Part shown: piece by piece, positions 9,369 to 19,802 of the stretch
Layout: the number at the start of each line of letters is the position of its first letter
Numbering within the stretch: the first letter of the stretch is position 1
DNA from: a virus
Virus record (IMG/VR): IMGVR_UViG_3300035703_000036
Location: 1-64,000 of that record
Reading direction: 5' to 3' (one strand)
DNA: 64,000 nt
The notes under the pieces: model-generated
Seen by the model: the letters and a program-made list of their open reading frames with translations, nothing else
Database searches by the model: none
Told to the model about the DNA's origin: nothing
Position numbers and translations under genes: made by a program

Positions 9369-9821
9369 ATGAGTATGGAAGAATCTTTAGTAACATTTTC
9401 AATAAACTCAGTAGGAGAAAAGACAGGTCAGTCCTACATTGGATCTTTTAAAGTCCAGTGCATTATGTCCCCTATGGATATAATTGAAGCAGATAGGCTT
9501 TACAGGCAACTCCTAGGCGAGAACATAGCTTGGGCAAGCCAACAGGCTCAGAACTTCGCCTTGGCCCTAACGCAGCTCAAATATAGGATAGTTCAGGCTC
9601 CTGCATTCTGGGAGAATGACACAACCATTGGCGGATCTCACATTAAAGACTACAATGTCATTATCGAGATCTTCGACCAAGCTTTGCTTGCTGAAGAAAA
9701 CTACGTTAAAGAAAATGTCAAGAAAATGGAAATTCAAAAGAAAAAACTTGTAGACGCTATTAAATCTAAAAAGATAAAAAAGAAGGAATCACTTGAGGAA
9801 ACTGCGCTCGAAGAGGAATAA
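9369..9821 (+). CDS. putative tail assembly chaperone (G-like)
   Basis: Size and position two ORFs upstream of the tape measure; A.L...IVQAP.FW pattern. Confidence 0.6.
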   Translation: MSMEESLVTFSINSVGEKTGQSYIGSFKVQCIMSPMDIIEADRLYRQLLGENIAWASQQAQNFALALTQLKYRIVQAPAFWENDTTIGGSHIKDYNVIIEIFDQALLAEENYVKENVKKMEIQKKKLVDAIKSKKIKKKESLEETALEEE

Positions 9822-10275
9822 AATTCCTTATCATAATTTTTATGACCAGATACAGTTAGAATCAATAGCTTCCGTTTTAATGGAAGATGATCTATATTTT
9901 TATCGAAAGATTTGTCGATGGTATTCCAAAACTTTTCACACCCCTCTGTTACAAGTATATAAAGAGTCATGGGTTCACATTCTCAGATGCTATTACGAAG
10001 AAAAGTTTGAGTCAATACCTTATAATAATCTCTTAGACTTAGCTATGGAGTCCTACACCCCTGAGCTTAATCAATCAGAGGATGAAAAGCTGGATAGTCT
10101 TATCAAGGACTTAGAGAAAGAGCAAGAGCGTACTGTATTGAAAAAACAAGGCAAGCAGCAATCTTTTATTAATAAAACCCCTATTTCTAACTCAGATTCA
10201 AAACAATCTCAACAACAACCTCAAAAAGAACTTGCAGAGATTAATCAAAGTTTTGATGATGAAGAAATAGATTAG
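9793..10275 (+). CDS. putative tail assembly chaperone C-terminal part (T-like); start uncertain
   Basis: Overlaps the previous ORF in the +1 frame; TTG start; directly precedes the tape measure. Confidence 0.55.
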   Translation: MRKLRSKRNKIPYHNFYDQIQLESIASVLMEDDLYFYRKICRWYSKTFHTPLLQVYKESWVHILRCYYEEKFESIPYNNLLDLAMESYTPELNQSEDEKLDSLIKDLEKEQERTVLKKQGKQQSFINKTPISNSDSKQSQQQPQKELAEINQSFDDEEID

Positions 10276-10342
10276 AGTCATAAAGAACCCAAAAAGGTAT
10301 TGGCTAGGGAAAAAGAGCAAAGAGATTTAATTGTAGGAATCT

Positions 10343-12709
10343 ATGGACAATAAAGGCTTTACAATTGACGGTAGGGTTAAGCTATCGACGGAAGAATTTG
10401 ATCGTCAAGCATCCAAGTTAGAAAATCGTCTTAAAGAATTTCAAAAACTCACCAAATTTTCGGAAGAATGGTCTGGAGCTGGTCAAAGATCGGCTGGCGA
10501 CACAACTTCTCGATTTCTTGAAAGCAGTTTAAGTTCATCTAAAAGAGGACTTCTTTCTAAGCTAGAAGAGCTTAACAAGGCGTTCGAAAGCCATAAGATG
10601 AGAATGCTCAGAGCCGAAGAAGAAATTCGAGCCGCTCAATTAAAAAATAAAAAAGAAGAAATCAAAGATTTACAAGCAAAATACGAACGCAATAAATCTT
10701 TAGCACTTAAAGAACATGAAGAAATAAGAGAAGTCAAAAGACAGCTAGGTATTGGCGGCCCAGGCCAGCCCCCATCAGGCGATGGTGGCGGAATTGCTTC
10801 CGATCCCGCAAAAGAAGAAGCTTTTTTCAAAAAACATTTTAGAAATCTTGTAGCTTCCGGAGTTATTGCCGGAGTTTTAAATGCTGCTTCTCAAACTTTC
10901 AGACAAAATATAGTTTCAGAATCTCACGCAGCTCATCTTAAAGCTGAAGCCATGTCTCCGATTAATCGAGAGATGAGGCAAGCGATGCGGGGCGGCGGAA
11001 CAGAGCAGATGTTCTATCTTCAAGAAAGACAAACTGCCGCTCAAAGAGCAGCCTATGAACAAGGAATGGCTCCTTACGGAGATTTAGCAGGAATTGGAGC
11101 TAAAATTGGCGGAGCTGCTGCTGCTGGCGGTTTAATGGGAGGATTGCCAGGCGCCCTTTTGTTTTCCGGAGGAGCTTTAGCTCATACTTTAGCTGATGAA
11201 AGGCAAAGATCTTTGCTGTTCTCCCCATTCTCGGAAAGCTCAAGAAGAAAATATAAAATGATGACTGCTGCTGATGCGGCAAAATCTTATGAAGCAAATT
11301 TAGCCGCTGAAAAAGCCGCTAATCCATATAAAACTATCGCTATGGAAGACTATCAGGCCAATATTGAAAAATATGGTCAATTTCAAAGAGCTTTCGGCAT
11401 GTCAGATTACGAATTGTTTGGCGGTCGAGGCGCAGAAAGAACTAGTTTGCGCGGCGGCGCTATGCCGATAGAAACAGGCGCTTATGGTGAAGGCTGGCTT
11501 CAATCTCAAATGAAGGCCGGCGGAAGCATGAAGTTCACCCGTGAAGAAATTATGGGCGCTGCTCAAAGCTTAATTCAAGCTGGAGCTGGAACTCAGCAAG
11601 CTCTAGGTATGGCCGCTGACGTAACAGGATTTGGGCGCGATTTATATCAAACAAACGCAGCTTCAGTTTTAGGGCGCATGTCAGCTTCAGGAATGGGCGG
11701 AAGTCAAACTGAAGCTTATAAAAGAATGATGGCCGAAGCCGTCAGAATGGGTGTGGATACATCCAAGATGCCGCAAGAATTAATGCGTTTCACAGAAATG
11801 ACTTCTGCTATTGCAACACAAGGTGGAGGGTATTCTGAACGCGCAGCAATGTTAGCCGGTCAAGGGCTCGTAGGTTTTTCGCAAAGCCAAATCGCTGCCG
11901 CTGGAACTGCAGCCGAACAATATGAAAGCAGAGCAAAAGGCGCGGGGGGAATGGAAGGTCAAATGGGCCTAGGCTTCCTCATGTCTGAGAAAGGTAAAAG
12001 CTTATTCGGAACAATGGGCGCTCAGGCTTCTAATTTATTAAATCAAATATCGGCTTCAGATCTTCAAAAAGATCCGGCTCTTTTAGCAGGATTAGCAGGA
12101 AGATTAAATATTTCTGAAGAGGAAGTGATTAGAAGAGTTTCTGAAAAAGATGTTTTTAAGCAAACAAGAACAAAAGAGCAAGAAGAAATATTTAAAAGTA
12201 TTGGCGAAAAAACTAAAGGAATGTCTGCTGATCAAAGAATGGAGTTTTTAAAATCTGAAGAAGGATCAAAGCTTTATCTAAGAGCCACAGAAATAACCGG
12301 AGCAAGTGAAGGAGGTTTTCTTCAAAGAGGAGCAAGCGAAAGAATGGCTGATATCGCTCTTCGATCTGCCGTTGCTGGCGGTGAGGGCGGGACAGGAATC
12401 AAAGAAGCTCAAGCTAAATTAGAATATGAAAAGCAAAGATCAAAAGAAACCGCATCTAACTTGGAAAAAGCAGCGCAAGCTACCGGAGAGTTGGAGGGGC
12501 TAAAAAATTTATCAAATTATTTAGACGATATCAAAACCAGTTCAAAATCTTTTACTGGTGAAATGGCTATTCAAATGGTAACTCAAAAAAACTATAGAGA
12601 AGCCATTCAAAAAGGCGCCGATAGCATGGCAGCACTAAACACACAATTAGAGCAAGCAGTCAACAGAATGACGCAAATGGGTTTTGTTCCGGCAGCTAAA
12701 CCAAAGTAG
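10343..12709 (+). CDS. tail tape measure protein
   Basis: Long helical A/G/M-rich ORF with hydrophobic GGLMGGLPGALL segments, between the chaperones and the hub. Confidence 0.7.
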   Translation: MDNKGFTIDGRVKLSTEEFDRQASKLENRLKEFQKLTKFSEEWSGAGQRSAGDTTSRFLESSLSSSKRGLLSKLEELNKAFESHKMRMLRAEEEIRAAQLKNKKEEIKDLQAKYERNKSLALKEHEEIREVKRQLGIGGPGQPPSGDGGGIASDPAKEEAFFKKHFRNLVASGVIAGVLNAASQTFRQNIVSESHAAHLKAEAMSPINREMRQAMRGGGTEQMFYLQERQTAAQRAAYEQGMAPYGDLAGIGAKIGGAAAAGGLMGGLPGALLFSGGALAHTLADERQRSLLFSPFSESSRRKYKMMTAADAAKSYEANLAAEKAANPYKTIAMEDYQANIEKYGQFQRAFGMSDYELFGGRGAERTSLRGGAMPIETGAYGEGWLQSQMKAGGSMKFTREEIMGAAQSLIQAGAGTQQALGMAADVTGFGRDLYQTNAASVLGRMSASGMGGSQTEAYKRMMAEAVRMGVDTSKMPQELMRFTEMTSAIATQGGGYSERAAMLAGQGLVGFSQSQIAAAGTAAEQYESRAKGAGGMEGQMGLGFLMSEKGKSLFGTMGAQASNLLNQISASDLQKDPALLAGLAGRLNISEEEVIRRVSEKDVFKQTRTKEQEEIFKSIGEKTKGMSADQRMEFLKSEEGSKLYLRATEITGASEGGFLQRGASERMADIALRSAVAGGEGGTGIKEAQAKLEYEKQRSKETASNLEKAAQATGELEGLKNLSNYLDDIKTSSKSFTGEMAIQMVTQKNYREAIQKGADSMAALNTQLEQAVNRMTQMGFVPAAKPK

Positions 12710-12712
12710 TTT

Positions 12713-14545
12713 ATGGCTTACATAAAAGAAATAAAACCAAATTCATCAGATTCACATCAAACTTCACCCGGTTATGTTTTAACCTTTATTCCATTTGTAG
12801 CTAGAGAGACAAAGCCTAATAATACAGTAGATGAAGTTCAGCTTTCTACAAGAAAGCCTTTTTGCGTAATTAATGACGCAATAAACGTATCGGTCAACTA
12901 CAACAAATCAAGCTATCAACATACAATGTCAGCTATTTTACTGGCGGGCGATATTAACTATCCGACAGCAATCTGCCCCGGCGATTTTGTAGTTGTAAAT
13001 ATGCTTAATTGGCAAACAGATGTTAAAAGAGTTTATGATCAGGCGTTAGGATTTAGTAAAGTTAAAAATATAAATAACTACGATGATGGATTCAAAGGCA
13101 TATTCAAAGTTCAATCTGTTAGAAGAAATTTAAGGGCAGATCCTGAAACAGGTATTAAAAGTTTTGCTTTCACGGTTTCAGCGGCAGCCTTTACAGAATT
13201 TAATAACATATTCAATTTCAATCCAGCAATTCAATCGGCCTTCACAGAAAAAGGTACGGAGCTATATTCCAGTATAATTGGCGACTATTATGCAAATAAT
13301 TTAAAATCAGACGCATCGGTTCAAACAATCGTAGCTGATTTATTTGATATCGTTATTGGTAAAAGTCAAAAAAATTCTAATTTAAAAGTACAAAATTATG
13401 GAAACACTCACTTTATCATGCCATATAGCGTTGGCGTTTTATTAGGTCGTCAAGTTAAAGTTGCAGCGGATCTATACAACTATATCATAGGAATTTGGGG
13501 GTCTGGAAAGACCACAGGAACTATCGGCGCTGGATTTAACCTTGATTTTATTCCGGATACTTCTAAAGGTGTTAATTTTTACAAAACCGGTCAAGGTTTG
13601 CAGGGAAATAAAATTGTTAATGTAGAAAATTGGAATAACGCTACTGCATGGTCTATTGTCAGATCTAATACAAACGAACTTTTAAATGAAATGTACTCAT
13701 GCAATCGAATTGCTCCAGATGGCAAGATATATCCTACTGTAGTGGTTAGACAAAAACCTTTTACCTCAGAATCTTTTCAGGGTAAACTTGCCACAAAATT
13801 TCTATCTCTACCAAGATGGAAAATATCTCCAGATTTACTATATTCAGCCTCTCTGGGAAGAGAAGAAGCCGCAAGATTTAACTTTATTCAAGTTTTTACT
13901 AGAGCTACGGCGGATACTGAAGCTATGGATATGACCAATCAAATTGGTTTAGGTAATTTCTTATACGACAATGCAGATATTCAAAAACATGGCTTAAAAC
14001 CTTATATCGTTACATCAAATTTTGATTTCCCTACTTCGGGGCCAAACAAAGCAGAGTCTAAACAATTAAGAGCTAGAGAATGGACAGAACTTATGGCTGA
14101 TATGGTCATGGGCGGGCATTTAAAAGAGGCTGGAAGTTTAGAATTTGTAGGAATTCAAGATCCAATATGTATTGGAGATAATCTTGAGCTTGATGGAATT
14201 GTATATCACATAGAGTCAATTTCTCACACTATGTCAATAGCTCCATCTGGTCATAAAACTTTTAGGACAAATATTCAAGTATCTCATGGCGTGGATTTAG
14301 CTTCTGAAACAATGAAGAAAACAATCTACCCTGAAATGCAACACACAGACTCGGCCGCTAGACGTAAAGAAGATTGGAAAGAAAATAAGATTCTGCCAGG
14401 TTTTTCTGATACGCAAGATATACCGGGCAGATCTGAAGGTGAAGAGATAACGGACAAAGTGGATCTTCCAGCTCTTGCTCAACAAATATTTAGCAAAACA
14501 AAAAGCGCTAAGAAAACTCTTGGCAATTTAAAAGGTAAGAAGTAA
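12713..14545 (+). CDS. baseplate hub protein (T4 gp27-like)
   Basis: Follows the tape measure; C-terminal GSLEFVG...ICIGDNLE...YHIESISH...FRT.I hub barrel pattern. Confidence 0.7.
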   Translation: MAYIKEIKPNSSDSHQTSPGYVLTFIPFVARETKPNNTVDEVQLSTRKPFCVINDAINVSVNYNKSSYQHTMSAILLAGDINYPTAICPGDFVVVNMLNWQTDVKRVYDQALGFSKVKNINNYDDGFKGIFKVQSVRRNLRADPETGIKSFAFTVSAAAFTEFNNIFNFNPAIQSAFTEKGTELYSSIIGDYYANNLKSDASVQTIVADLFDIVIGKSQKNSNLKVQNYGNTHFIMPYSVGVLLGRQVKVAADLYNYIIGIWGSGKTTGTIGAGFNLDFIPDTSKGVNFYKTGQGLQGNKIVNVENWNNATAWSIVRSNTNELLNEMYSCNRIAPDGKIYPTVVVRQKPFTSESFQGKLATKFLSLPRWKISPDLLYSASLGREEAARFNFIQVFTRATADTEAMDMTNQIGLGNFLYDNADIQKHGLKPYIVTSNFDFPTSGPNKAESKQLRAREWTELMADMVMGGHLKEAGSLEFVGIQDPICIGDNLELDGIVYHIESISHTMSIAPSGHKTFRTNIQVSHGVDLASETMKKTIYPEMQHTDSAARRKEDWKENKILPGFSDTQDIPGRSEGEEITDKVDLPALAQQIFSKTKSAKKTLGNLKGKK

Positions 14546-15657
14546 TGATATCCGACCCATTTCTTAATTCATCATTATTTACTGTCAGATCTGAAAATGA
14601 TCCAGAAAATCAGTTTTCAAGTAAAATATTTGGCAACAATACGCTGAAAGTTGGAGCTGTAATAGAAGTTTATGAGCCTGAAGATAAGAACAACGTTTCC
14701 AAAGCTTCAGCAGAATATGATGTAATGGTCATTGAACAGGACAAGTCTAATGGAATTAATTATTCCATTTATCGCAATTGTCTTGCTCTTGATTCATTTG
14801 GCTCAGTAGCAGACTATTTTCAAGTTAAATATAGAAAACCTAAAGATTCAAAAAAAGTTAGAAGCAACACAAAACTAAAAGATCAGCAAGGCTCAATAGT
14901 CCTTATTTTGTGCCTTGACGGTAACGCTGAAAAAGCTGTTATTGTTGGCGCACTAGCTCACCCTAATCGCAAGAAAACTTTAAACAAGGATTCTGGACAT
15001 GCGCTTGAGGGAGAGTTTAACGGGATTAAATATACGATTGATAAGAGCGGCGGCCTTACCATTACTTTCAAAGGCGCAACCGATGGAGATGGAAAGCCAA
15101 TCTCAGCAAAAGAAGGCGGATCTCAGATCAAGATAGAAAAAGACGGATCGGTAGAATTAAATGATGCCCCACTATCCGAATATGATAAAGCGGGAAATCT
15201 TAAAACAAACAAAGCAAGCTCAGCGGTCTCAGGCGAATACGAAAAAGTTAGAATAGATAAGACGGCACAATCTATATCCCAATCAGCTAGAAAGGACATT
15301 TCAGCTACGTCAGGAGCCAATGTCAATATCAGCGCAAAAGCTGATGTAAACATGAAGATGAATAATCTCATAGCTCAGGCAGAAGGCTCTGTCAAATACA
15401 AGTCAGCCGGAGAGTTTGGCGTATCTACGGATTCAGCCTTTAATCTAAAGGCGGCAAGCGGTCAGGTCACTCTAGATGATTCACTAATGATCAAATCAAA
15501 CAATGTCAACATAAACGCTCAAACTGTATCCCTAGGAGCTGGCGCAAGTCCGGCAGTCACAATGAATACGATATTTCAAGGAGTTGGATTTGCTGGCGTT
15601 CCTGTCTTTTCCCATTCAATAGGGCCTTATTCATCCGTTGTGATGATAGCTCCTTAA
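14545..15657 (+). CDS. baseplate central spike (gp5/gpV-like)
   Basis: N-terminal OB-like region (G.V.EVY...GSIVLILCLDG...AVIVGAL) followed by a repetitive beta-strand region. Confidence 0.7.
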   Translation: MISDPFLNSSLFTVRSENDPENQFSSKIFGNNTLKVGAVIEVYEPEDKNNVSKASAEYDVMVIEQDKSNGINYSIYRNCLALDSFGSVADYFQVKYRKPKDSKKVRSNTKLKDQQGSIVLILCLDGNAEKAVIVGALAHPNRKKTLNKDSGHALEGEFNGIKYTIDKSGGLTITFKGATDGDGKPISAKEGGSQIKIEKDGSVELNDAPLSEYDKAGNLKTNKASSAVSGEYEKVRIDKTAQSISQSARKDISATSGANVNISAKADVNMKMNNLIAQAEGSVKYKSAGEFGVSTDSAFNLKAASGQVTLDDSLMIKSNNVNINAQTVSLGAGASPAVTMNTIFQGVGFAGVPVFSHSIGPYSSVVMIAP

Positions 15658-15665
15658 TCAATAAC

Positions 15666-15673
15666 AATCTTTA
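15666..15673 (+). promoter_or_regulatory. AATCTTTA motif, candidate late promoter element
   Basis: The same octamer is intergenic before structural genes at 36909, 40806, 52971, 56893, 56919 and 61837. Confidence 0.45.
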
Positions 15674-15707
15674 ACACATAAGAATTAATAAGCTTTAGGA
15701 GGGAACT

Positions 15708-16139
15708 ATGCTTAGTGAAGATACAAAATTTCGTTTAAAACATGCGGTAGCTAATAAGGCAATTGCCGAGGAAATCGAAGCTCGTTTGATCAGCTCGACG
15801 CCAGCAAACGCTTTAGCGGCTCAAATTTTACTAAAAACTCTAAATACAACTCAAGATATGGCTCTTCAAGTTGAAAGACATCTTTTTCAAGGCTTGGCAG
15901 GAGACGCTAACGGCGCTGCTGGTATGGAATTAGCTAAGAAAATCAATGGGATGATCGCTGTTGTAAACGCAAAAGCAACAGGCGTAAGCCCGTCCTCTTT
16001 TAAAGCGGCTATGGGTAGTGAACCTATGAGCGATGAAGCTTTTAAATGTTTAAGACACGCAATGGCTAATGAAGCCGCTGCTGCTGAATTTAAAGCAGCT
16101 TATAACGCAATGGTCGCAGCAGTTCAAGCAATTGTTTAA
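15708..16139 (+). CDS. alanine-rich structural protein with an internal repeat
   Basis: RBS aggaggg; LSEDTKFRLKHAVAN and MSDEAFKCLRHAMAN repeat. Confidence 0.7.
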   Translation: MLSEDTKFRLKHAVANKAIAEEIEARLISSTPANALAAQILLKTLNTTQDMALQVERHLFQGLAGDANGAAGMELAKKINGMIAVVNAKATGVSPSSFKAAMGSEPMSDEAFKCLRHAMANEAAAAEFKAAYNAMVAAVQAIV

Positions 16140-16148
16140 GGAGTAATT

Positions 16149-19100
16149 ATGTCTTATTTATCGCCAGATACCAAAGATAGGATTATCATATCTCTTGCCA
16201 GATTAGAGGCGGGAGTAGAAGTTATCGCAGCATTGGAAGCAAGTGGTGGCGGAATCACTGAAGAACAAGTTCAATTGATGATCAACACAGCTATTACAGC
16301 TTTAATAGACGGCGCCCCAGGCGCTTTAGATACTTTAAATGAATTAGCCGCAGCATTAGCAGATGATGAAAACTTTGCTGCGACAATTGCGACGGCTTTA
16401 GGCAATAAAGAAGATAAAATCACAGCAGGAACTATTTTACAATATTGGCGCGGTGATAAAACTTGGCAAACGTTAGATAAAAACGCTATCGGTCTTGATC
16501 AAGTAGACAATACCTCAGATGCTGACAAGCCTATCAGCGATGCTACTCAGTTAGCGTTAGATAATTTACAATTAGATGTAGATAACAAGGTCGCAAAAGA
16601 CGGCGATACAATGTCTGGATCATTAACAATTGATCTAAGCATTCCAAGCAGTATTCAAACTACTGATCTTGATGGCGCTAATATGTACATTCATTTTACA
16701 GATGATGCAACAAATTTAGATGTCAACACTTCACTAGAGCCAGGCGGAATTGGCTATCATTATCAAGATAACACGGTCAATAATTATATGGCAATGAATG
16801 GGCCAGATGGACAATTGAGTTTATACAATATTCAATCCTCTGTACTATACCCAACATTACCCACAAGCGATGAACACGTAACAACTAAAGCTTACGTTGA
16901 TTCAAAAGTAGAAGACTCCATAACAGACGGCGTAACAACTAAGGCTCCATCTCAAAATGCAGTATTTGACGCGTTGGCAGGAAAGTTTGATGCTATAGAT
17001 TTCAAAAATTTTAACTACGATCAAACTATGTATGTGGCAAAAAATGGCAATGACTCTACAGGAACTGGAGGTCAGCATAGTCCATTCTTAACTATTACTG
17101 CCGCTATGAACGCAATTTCTGATGCCAGCCCAACTAAAAGATACTGTATTAAAGTTGCTGCAGGTAATTATACTGAAGCTTCTTTGGCTTTGAAAGCAAA
17201 TGTATTTATCGTAGGTGAAGGTCAAAAGGACTCAGTCAGAATTACCGGAGCTGTTTCGATGGGGCCAAGTTTTATGGCCAATTCTTCTTTTGATAACCGC
17301 TCAGGTTTTTCAATGGTATCACTTCTTTCGGTTTGTGATTTCAATTGGAATACCGTTCAGTCCGCTGCAGGAAAATTATATTTTAATGAAGTAACATTTG
17401 CCTCTACTGTAAGTCTATACGGATATAATAATGCAATAGCTCAAGCTCAATTTGATAGTTGTGTTATTTTTGGGGCAATGACCATTTCCGGAATTAACGT
17501 TGGTGTTTATACTAATAACGTAAATTATGCTAACATTACCTTAAATCAACATCCAAACGGCGGAATGGCCACTATTTTAAGTACCGCTGGAGGATATTGC
17601 GCTGGAACTGTTTCTCTTGTTACTTCAGTAACCGACTTTAATCGTAGATGTTCTCTTTTTGCTCGTTCATTTTGGATGAACGCTCTAACTGTAAACGGCG
17701 CTTCATCTTATGCTGACGTAACTTATTCAAGTTTACCTTCTGCGGGGCCAACAATACTCAATGGCGGTAATGTAGTTTATATTAATCCAAGTTCAACCGG
17801 AGCAAATACTCAACTTTCTAATCTTGCTTTTCCTACAGCGGTAAATAATCCAATTATGCCTGCCGTTACAAGCAATACTAATTTAGGTGATTGGGGAAAA
17901 CAGTGGAATTGGACTTTTTCATACGTACACGGCTCTTCAGGTTCAGACTGCTATGTAATTAGCTATCCAAGCTCTTACGCGCCTGATAGTTCAGGTAGAG
18001 AAGTTGGTATTTATGCGGACGGTGCAGGTCTTCAAACAAACGTTAACGGCGGAAATATTACGTTAGGAACTTCCGCAGTATCGGGAACAGGGATCAGAGG
18101 AAAGGTTCAAGTTGACGCTAGAGAGCTTGACATGACTTCTTCCAAAATTACTAATTTAGCCGACGGAACAGCTTCTTCAGATGCGGTTAACAAAGGTCAG
18201 CTCGATGGAAAATTTAATAATCCAACAGGAACTGTTGCTGATTATATAGCGGGAGACGGATCTATTCAGCCATTCCCAACCATAGCAACTGCTTCAAATT
18301 TAACTACAGAAGTTTATAACAAAAGCGGATCTCAGATCAATAAATTTCAAGTGGTCTATATTAATGGTGGACAAGGAAATTTACCAGCTATTACATTAGC
18401 TCAAGGTAATTCTGAAGCAACTTCAAGTAAAACTTATGGAGTTGCTCAAGCAGACATTTCAAACATGAGCAATGGATATGTTTTAGCTCAAGGTAGAATT
18501 GAAAATATTGATACGGCAGTTTATGGCGGAACCGAAGGAACTTCATTGTGGTTGAGTCCGACCGTTGCTGGCGGAGTAACCATTACAAAACCATCAGCCC
18601 CTGATCACATGGTATTTGTCGGGACTATTGTTAGATCTCACCCAACACAAGGTGTTGTTGAAGTAAAAATTCAAAATGGTTTTGAGCTTCAAGAATTGCA
18701 CAATGTTGCAATTAATGGATCTCTTGCTAACAACGATACTCTTCTATATGATTCTGCAACGCAGCTTTGGAAAAACTCTTCAGCAGGGTCTGTTGTTAAT
18801 AAATTAACAAAGGGTACAAAAACTATTTTCTGTATCGACAATGGAGATTTTGCAACAGGACAAGCAGCAATCGATGCCGCCTCTCCAAATGATATTATTA
18901 TATTCGGTACTAAAGCTGGTGGATGGGGAGATCTAGTTATTCCTGCCGGAAAAACTCTTTCATTAAAAGGTTTACAGGCTGGAAGAAGTCCAAATATGGT
19001 TCAGGTTGGATCTATTACATTTAGCCCGACAACAGGTGCGAACATACTTCAGAACGAACTTTATATCGATAGCTTATACATTTATAGTACAACAGCGGAT

Positions 19101-19676
19101 TGCATTACTCACGGCGGAACTGCTCCGTCTCGTATAAGAATTAGTAATTGCTACATTAATTGCGCTGGAGCAGCTACTAGGGCTGTGGTATTTTCAAATA
19201 CTCACGCTACTTCATCGTCTTATTTGTATGACAATATAATTGGATCTTCTGCTGCGGCTACCGTAATTCAATCAAGCATAGCTTATGCTAGAGCATACAG
19301 AAATAGCGTAGACGGATCTAACGTAGGGATTACTTTGACAGCCGGAACTTTTGAAAATAATCTAACAAATTATTCAATCAATTTTGCAGGAAATGTTGCA
19401 AATATTACCGGCGGAACTTTTTTATGTGGATATTCGCTTATTTCAAATACGGGCGCAAATAGCTCTGGAGTTGCGGTTTCAACCGGAGCGGTTTTTGCAA
19501 GTTCTTACAACTCATTTTCAATTCCAACAGGAACTGGATATTGCGTAAGAGGAACTGGCGTTCATGTGTACGGATCTATGACTTTTGCAAACTCAGTACT
19601 CGCTGCTTATAACGTAAAAGTACAAAATACATTAACAAACGTAGCATATACTACGGCATTTACATTAACACCATAA
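16149..19676 (+). CDS. tail fibre/tailspike with two beta-helix regions
   Basis: APGALDTLNELAAAL, VDNTSDADKPIS, YVAKNGNDSTG..G..PFLTITAA and KITNLADGTASSDAVNK motifs. Confidence 0.8.
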   Translation: MSYLSPDTKDRIIISLARLEAGVEVIAALEASGGGITEEQVQLMINTAITALIDGAPGALDTLNELAAALADDENFAATIATALGNKEDKITAGTILQYWRGDKTWQTLDKNAIGLDQVDNTSDADKPISDATQLALDNLQLDVDNKVAKDGDTMSGSLTIDLSIPSSIQTTDLDGANMYIHFTDDATNLDVNTSLEPGGIGYHYQDNTVNNYMAMNGPDGQLSLYNIQSSVLYPTLPTSDEHVTTKAYVDSKVEDSITDGVTTKAPSQNAVFDALAGKFDAIDFKNFNYDQTMYVAKNGNDSTGTGGQHSPFLTITAAMNAISDASPTKRYCIKVAAGNYTEASLALKANVFIVGEGQKDSVRITGAVSMGPSFMANSSFDNRSGFSMVSLLSVCDFNWNTVQSAAGKLYFNEVTFASTVSLYGYNNAIAQAQFDSCVIFGAMTISGINVGVYTNNVNYANITLNQHPNGGMATILSTAGGYCAGTVSLVTSVTDFNRRCSLFARSFWMNALTVNGASSYADVTYSSLPSAGPTILNGGNVVYINPSSTGANTQLSNLAFPTAVNNPIMPAVTSNTNLGDWGKQWNWTFSYVHGSSGSDCYVISYPSSYAPDSSGREVGIYADGAGLQTNVNGGNITLGTSAVSGTGIRGKVQVDARELDMTSSKITNLADGTASSDAVNKGQLDGKFNNPTGTVADYIAGDGSIQPFPTIATASNLTTEVYNKSGSQINKFQVVYINGGQGNLPAITLAQGNSEATSSKTYGVAQADISNMSNGYVLAQGRIENIDTAVYGGTEGTSLWLSPTVAGGVTITKPSAPDHMVFVGTIVRSHPTQGVVEVKIQNGFELQELHNVAINGSLANNDTLLYDSATQLWKNSSAGSVVNKLTKGTKTIFCIDNGDFATGQAAIDAASPNDIIIFGTKAGGWGDLVIPAGKTLSLKGLQAGRSPNMVQVGSITFSPTTGANILQNELYIDSLYIYSTTADCITHGGTAPSRIRISNCYINCAGAATRAVVFSNTHATSSSYLYDNIIGSSAAATVIQSSIAYARAYRNSVDGSNVGITLTAGTFENNLTNYSINFAGNVANITGGTFLCGYSLISNTGANSSGVAVSTGAVFASSYNSFSIPTGTGYCVRGTGVHVYGSMTFANSVLAAYNVKVQNTLTNVAYTTAFTLTP

Positions 19677-19731
19677 TTAAATTGCACTTCCGGATACTTT
19701 GAAGGTGTATACCTGAGAACTTGATGGGGTC

Positions 19732-19762
19732 ACAGAGGGGCTTAAAACGCCCCTTTGTTTTT
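19732..19762 (+). terminator. rho-independent terminator
   Basis: Hairpin ACAGAGGGGC-ttaaaac-GCCCCTTTGT followed by a T run. Confidence 0.8.
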
Positions 19763-19802
19763 ATTATTAGTTTTTAGTACAATTTTATGTTAATATATTT
19801 GT

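Noticed and set aside
19685-19731. CTGAGA-containing segment resembling a TPP riboswitch or hammerhead core (similar at 25502)
   Set aside because: The remaining conserved elements (TPP CUGAU..AUA..AGCG, hammerhead CUGANGA/GAAA with stems) are absent
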